In this document: positions 7,186 through 11,369 of the stretch, in pieces
Numbering within the stretch: the first letter of the stretch is position 1
Layout of the letters: each line of letters begins with the position of its first letter
NCBI GenBank assembly: GCA_043822705.1
Contig: JBDRBK010000209.1
Span: 1 to 11,369 of the forward strand
Direction of reading: 5' to 3'
Length of the DNA: 11,369 nt
Origin: Fidelibacterota bacterium
GTDB taxonomy: Bacteria > Fidelibacterota > Marinisomatia > Marinisomatales > TCS56
The notes under the pieces: model-generated
What the model was told of the DNA's origin: nothing
Database searches by the model: none
What the model saw: only the letters and a program-made list of their open reading frames with translations
Translations under genes and position numbers: made by a program

Positions 7186-9456
7186 CTAACGGGTCAACAG
7201 CAGCTTGGTGGTTTGTGCTGCCGCGCCGGATTCCAGCCTGAGCAGATAACAGCCGCTGGCGGCATCAGCGCCGGAGTTGGTCCGGCCATCCCAGACGATA
7301 GTATGTTGTCCTGCCTCCAGTTGTCCGTCATGAAGGACTGTGACCAGCCGACCGGTGATATCAAAAACCGCGATCCGGTAATTGTCCCTGTTACTGACGC
7401 TAACGGAAATATTGGTGCGGGGATTGAACGGGTTGGGCCAGGCCGGTTCCAGACCAAAAGCCGCCGGTTGAACAGTGACCGTTACCGGGCCGTGCTCAGT
7501 GGCGAACCCGCTATAGTCAATATCGACCAGCAGATAATAATAAGTTTGTCCGACCAGCACCTGCCGATCGCTGAATTGATAATCGGTCTGCCGGCTGACC
7601 GAGCCCTGTCCCCGCAGGCGGTCATCGGTCAGGTAATCGGCAATTTTTAGAAAACCGGAGCTATTGTCCCGGCGATAAAGGATAAATCCCAGGTTATCCA
7701 TTTCCGAGGCGGTGAACCATTCCAGCAGCACCTGGTTTCCCGCTGAACGTCCGGAAAAGCGGTATAATTCCACTGCCAGCGACTGGTCGTTTTCCAAGAT
7801 GCCGGGTGTTGAATTGATTCCGTTGGCGGAACTGCTGGTGGTAAAAGTACCGACCGGATTCTGAATTGTGCGCAGGCCGTCGCCGCCGGCCGCCGCGCCG
7901 GTATCGTCAAACAGGGTGCCGTCATCGGCATTGGCGCTGCCGTCATTGCCGCGCAGCCGCCAGCGCCGGGCCGTGGAAGTACCGAAAAACAGGCTGGTAT
8001 TGCCATCGTAGAATTTGGCGGCGGATAGGAACGACGAAAAGGCCGTCTCAAAAGTGGAACGGTCGGCCCCGCGGGAAATTACCCACAATCCGCCGGCCGG
8101 GACCAGCACATCGCCGCCGTCGCCGTCGCTGCCGATGTCAAAAACATATTCGCTGACATTGGTGGAAGCGGAGGCCATCACCAGTTTGTAACCGGTCAGA
8201 TCGACGGTGGCTGAACTGGAATTATAGATTTCCAGGAATTCGGTGGTATAATCGTTGTTGCCTTCCGACACTTCGCTGATATACAGGGGCGGCGCATCGT
8301 TTTCGCTGATCGTCAGGGTGAATTCATATGGATAGCCGGCGGCGGCGGAGTTGCCACCACTGACGTTTTGGAGCGTGAAGGTGATAGTCTCGCTGCCTTC
8401 AAATACGGCATCATCGGTAAGGACCAGACTGACGGTCTGGTCGGCGCTGCTGTTGGCCGGAAAAGTTATTGTCTGGGTTGTGTAATTATTGATGTCGGCC
8501 GCGGAACCGCTGCCGCCGGTGATCGCCACCTGGGCGGTAGTGGCGGCGGTGGCTGACATGTTGGCAAGGGAAACGGTAAGATTGCAGGTCCCGGCGCCTT
8601 CACTGACGGTGGCGCCGAAAGCGCTGAACTGGACAGTGGTATTACTGGAACCCCAGATCGAAACCGCGTACTCCGGGTGATCGATGAAAGGGTTGCGGTT
8701 GCCCTGAAAATAGTAGATCGTATCGTTGCGGGTTCGTTCCCAGTCGTCCACCGGGTCGTCGTTGTGCCAGGTCAGCAGCGTCGAGAGCTTGCCGAACAGG
8801 GGACTGTTATCGGCGTTGTTGCCGGTGGAGTCCACCAGTTCCAGATCGTATTCGCTGTCGTCGGAATGTATACCGGGATCGTAGCGAACCACCATATAAA
8901 ACATCATCCGGGCCACATCGCCCTTGACGGCGTCACGCGGCTCCCAGGTCCAGGCTTCGGTATCGTAGTAGCAGCCGATGGCTTCGGTGTGGGCGTTGGT
9001 GCCTTCGTCGAATTCGCGGTTGTTGCGGTCGGTGTTGACCGATTCGTCTGCCGGTCGCAGGTGATGGATATCGGTATAGGCGGTGTCGCTCTCACTGGGG
9101 AAGCCATGGGATTTGGCCCAGACATGTTCGCGGTTCCAGCGGTCGCCGGTGTAGGTCAGGTTCTCGCCGCTGTTGTCGGCCTTGGGATGGGAGCGACCGC
9201 TGTACAACAGGATTATATTATCCGGGTTATCGGGATCCTCATCGGTAATTTTCAGCAGGTCCCAGACATCGGTGCCGCTGCTGGTATACGGATAGCGGGT
9301 ATGATTCTTGATTATTCCGTGCAGTGTCGCCTTTAATTCGGCGCCGCTTTTACCACTGGTGGCGTCATAATAACCAGCGGGAATTCCGGCTGGAATTAAA
9401 TTGTTCGTCAGGACAAAAAGAAAAATGAGAATGGATAGTCGGTTAATCTTTAACAC
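7186..9456 (-). CDS. Secreted multidomain nuclease: Endonuclease I (Bsn-like), Calx-beta, lamin-tail-like domain, Ig-like module and T9SS type-A-like CTD
   Basis: GTG start preceded by GGGGA, then a signal peptide. Nuclease motifs WNREHVWAKSHG, DIHHLRP, KGDVARMMFYMVVRY and QGNRNPFIDHPE. Calx-beta pattern VQFS...VSEG...DDAVFEGSET, lamin-tail pattern LYISEV...EFLEIYN...VDLTGY, then DQSLAVEL and WPNPFNP...TKLLLTR. Confidence 0.92.
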   Translation of the reverse strand: MLKINRLSILIFLFVLTNNLIPAGIPAGYYDATSGKSGAELKATLHGIIKNHTRYPYTSSGTDVWDLLKITDEDPDNPDNIILLYSGRSHPKADNSGENLTYTGDRWNREHVWAKSHGFPSESDTAYTDIHHLRPADESVNTDRNNREFDEGTNAHTEAIGCYYDTEAWTWEPRDAVKGDVARMMFYMVVRYDPGIHSDDSEYDLELVDSTGNNADNSPLFGKLSTLLTWHNDDPVDDWERTRNDTIYYFQGNRNPFIDHPEYAVSIWGSSNTTVQFSAFGATVSEGAGTCNLTVSLANMSATAATTAQVAITGGSGSAADINNYTTQTITFPANSSADQTVSLVLTDDAVFEGSETITFTLQNVSGGNSAAAGYPYEFTLTISENDAPPLYISEVSEGNNDYTTEFLEIYNSSSATVDLTGYKLVMASASTNVSEYVFDIGSDGDGGDVLVPAGGLWVISRGADRSTFETAFSSFLSAAKFYDGNTSLFFGTSTARRWRLRGNDGSANADDGTLFDDTGAAAGGDGLRTIQNPVGTFTTSSSANGINSTPGILENDQSLAVELYRFSGRSAGNQVLLEWFTASEMDNLGFILYRRDNSSGFLKIADYLTDDRLRGQGSVSRQTDYQFSDRQVLVGQTYYYLLVDIDYSGFATEHGPVTVTVQPAAFGLEPAWPNPFNPRTNISVSVSNRDNYRIAVFDITGRLVTVLHDGQLEAGQHTIVWDGRTNSGADAASGCYLLRLESGAAAQTTKLLLTR

Positions 9457-9740
9457 ATTTCCCCCGGATATTTCTACCTGGCATGCAAATTGACACGTAC
9501 TGGTTTTTCGGAAATAGGCTTTATTCTTTTTTTGAGGACGTTATTCCGGGCTGTCGGAATTGAACGCCGCGAGATTCATTGCTACGTTGACCGATTGGCC
9601 GTCAATCAACCAGCTAATTTAAAATTGTTCTGAATATGATCCAGTGTTTTTGAACACAGGCCGGTCGTGTCTTGCGACCCGGAAGGTTACAAAAAGGTGC
9701 TATTGCAGGCCGAACCCAATGGAAAATTAAATATGGTTTA

Positions 9741-9768
9741 ACCGGGGCGCACAGCCGTGCGCCCCGGT
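9741..9768. repeat. Perfect 12-bp inverted repeat (REP-like palindrome or possible terminator hairpin)
   Basis: accggggcgcac-agcc-gtgcgccccggt lies 8 nt downstream of the stop of the 9777 gene. No clear U-tract follows on the minus strand. Confidence 0.8.
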
Positions 9769-9776
9769 AACAATAA

Positions 9777-11369
9777 TTATTTTACGTATACAACCTTCTG
9801 CACGTTCACCTGTCCGCCATTCTGTAACTGCACCAGATAGACCCCGGCGCTGAGCAAGTTGGGCTGCCAGGACAGGGAGTAGCTGTTGGCCGGCTGGTAC
9901 TCATCCACCAGTGTCGCCACTAATTGCCCGCGGACGTTGAACACCTGCAGGGTGGTTTGGTTGTCGCTGGTGATGTCGTAACTTAGCGTTACCGCCGGGT
10001 TAAACGGGTTGGGATAAGCCCGGTGCAGGCCGAACTCCGTGGCTTGGGTGGCCTGTTCGGCGGCGGGAACGGTAACCTGCACCGTCTGGTGCCAGGTGAG
10101 ATTGCCGGCATAATCCACATCGCCCAGGCGGTAGAAATAGGTCACGCCCGGCAACACGGCACAGTCGGTATATTGATAATCGGTGCGTTGGGTGGTCGAG
10201 CCCTGCCCGGCCAGCGCCACCGCAGATTTGTAGTCGGCTACCGTCGTCCATTCTCCCTGCTCTATGCACTCTGCTCTGCTCTCGAGCAGAAAGCCCAGGT
10301 TGTCGGTCTCGGATTCGGTGGTCCAGGCCAGGATGACCTTCCCGTTGTTGGATATTGCTTCGAATTTGATCAGTTCGACGGGGAGGGATTGATCGCCTCC
10401 ATCATTTTTAGTTCCCCAAGTTTGTGTAAGGTTAGCCTGCCATGTAAAATCGGAATAGGCGGTACCGCTACCGGTTAATTGTAACGATTGTGTCGTTGTA
10501 CCGCTACCCTCGCTAACCCCAATGTCCGTTGATGTTAATCCTAGGGCAGGCCCTTCTGTGGCAGTAATAGTTCCTTCGTAACTTAAAAATTGACTGGTAA
10601 TAACATGCGCACCATAACACAATGCTAATCCATCTGGTGGTCCATTTTGTAACCCAGGAACCATCTTATAAAAGATTGTAAAATTGTTTGACGTCGTCCC
10701 TTCGGTAAATGTACCTAAGGTATCGGCAGCATAAATTACACCACCACTGCCGTTATAAAACTGAACCGAGAAATTTGATAATGTATAGTTACCAATATTT
10801 TCTATTACAACTTCAACACCTTCGTTTTCGTCAGCATCTACGTTATCATAATGAATTTCATTAATCCAGGCATTTGGGAATGAAGGTGCTGCGTTGGTAG
10901 TAGTACTGCCGCTGGGAACCGTACCATCTGTTTTGTAATCAATAGCAGTGCCGGAATTAGTGTAAGGATAGATTTTAAAGTAATAGGTTTGTTCGGCGGT
11001 CAATCCAGTCCATTCGTAACTGGTCGTACCATGGGCGATATTAATAGCGCCACTGTTACTGCCGATGGTGGTATTATCGTCAACAGCTGTCCCGTCGCTT
11101 GGATCAGTAATATTATCGGCCGTGCTGGCTTTGATCAGGTAGCCATCTGGCGCTTGAGCGCCGTCGTTGGCTGTCCACGAAAGGTCTATTCGATTATATC
11201 CGTAGGTTCCATCCTTAGCCACGGTGAAGCTTGTTACATGATTTGTGGGTTCGACTTTGAGAGTAGTTGCGTTAGCAGTCACACCAGAAGAGTAACTGAT
11301 AGAACCATCCACCGACCAGGCTTTGTAGTAATAAGCTGTGCTTGCACTTAAAGAGCCGTGGTTATAACT
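9777..11369 (-). CDS. 3' part of a large secreted protein: fibronectin type III repeats, lamin-tail-like domain, Ig-like module and T9SS type-A-like CTD (5' end outside the window)
   Basis: The frame is open beyond the called GTG at 11312 to the edge (SYNHGSLSASTAYYYKAWSV, the end of another FN3). FN3 motifs IDLSW and GLTAEQTYYFKIYPY. Domain WINEIHYDN...LQNGPPDGLAL...QFLSYEG, then DQSLPVEL and AYPNPFNP...QKVVYVK. Confidence 0.9.
   Translation of the reverse strand, partial: SYNHGSLSASTAYYYKAWSVDGSISYSSGVTANATTLKVEPTNHVTSFTVAKDGTYGYNRIDLSWTANDGAQAPDGYLIKASTADNITDPSDGTAVDDNTTIGSNSGAINIAHGTTSYEWTGLTAEQTYYFKIYPYTNSGTAIDYKTDGTVPSGSTTTNAAPSFPNAWINEIHYDNVDADENEGVEVVIENIGNYTLSNFSVQFYNGSGGVIYAADTLGTFTEGTTSNNFTIFYKMVPGLQNGPPDGLALCYGAHVITSQFLSYEGTITATEGPALGLTSTDIGVSEGSGTTTQSLQLTGSGTAYSDFTWQANLTQTWGTKNDGGDQSLPVELIKFEAISNNGKVILAWTTESETDNLGFLLESRAECIEQGEWTTVADYKSAVALAGQGSTTQRTDYQYTDCAVLPGVTYFYRLGDVDYAGNLTWHQTVQVTVPAAEQATQATEFGLHRAYPNPFNPAVTLSYDITSDNQTTLQVFNVRGQLVATLVDEYQPANSYSLSWQPNLLSAGVYLVQLQNGGQVNVQKVVYVK

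Noticed and set aside
6317..8697. Near-identical patches tcgatgaa(g/a)gggttgcg in the two nuclease genes as a DGR TR/VR pair or repeat
   Set aside because: Explained by the conserved RNPFID protein motif. The match is too short and there is no reverse transcriptase in the window.
5965..9456. Nuclease pair as an anti-phage or toxin-immunity system
   Set aside because: Both have signal peptides and secretion CTDs. No immunity-like small ORF or defence-associated partner gene is present.
9457..9740. Riboswitch or ncRNA in the intergenic region upstream of the 756-aa nuclease (weak inverted repeats ttgac..gtcaa near 9586-9605 and ggtcg..cgacc near 9663-9679)
   Set aside because: The stems are only about 5 bp and no known riboswitch consensus was recognised. 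An Rfam scan would be needed.
986..10478. Alternative-frame and antisense ORFs (e.g. 986-1543, 2069-2593, 4204-4848, 8677-9336, 10023-10478)
   Set aside because: They overlap genes with clear family motifs and have shadow-ORF composition typical of GC-rich DNA, with no recognisable motifs.
11310..11312. GTG start called for the 511-aa ORF
   Set aside because: The frame stays open to the window edge and encodes an FN3 C-terminal strand. No signal peptide follows the GTG, so the real start is upstream.

Overview
Bacterial chromosomal window of moderately high GC. It is probably from a non-Bacteroidota member of the FCB superphylum, such as Marinimicrobia. This is inferred from the archaeal/eukaryote-type ProRS ending FAKAY and from secreted proteins with DQSL(P/A)VEL...PNPFNP C-terminal modules. 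The left arm (minus strand) carries a TrmH/SpoU RNA methyltransferase, a CPBP/CAAX intramembrane protease and the first 32 codons of a probable MgtE Mg2+ transporter. A divergent 300-bp intergenic region follows, bounded by inverted degenerate ~9-mer repeat arrays. Next is a plus-strand run: proS, recO (no Zn-finger cysteines), an unannotated 291-aa protein with a permuted papain-like His/Cys signature, and a rhomboid protease. Converging on it is a tandem array of three secreted proteins, each ending in a T9SS type-A-like sorting domain. Two carry Endonuclease I domains that look to be from different subfamilies. The third is truncated by the window edge and is a GC mosaic of FN3, lamin-tail-like and C-terminal modules. 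The best candidates for novelty are the modular secreted-nuclease array with an apparent domain-swap junction and the papain-fold enzyme coupled to recO and the rhomboid. No rRNA, tRNA, CRISPR array or transposase was seen.
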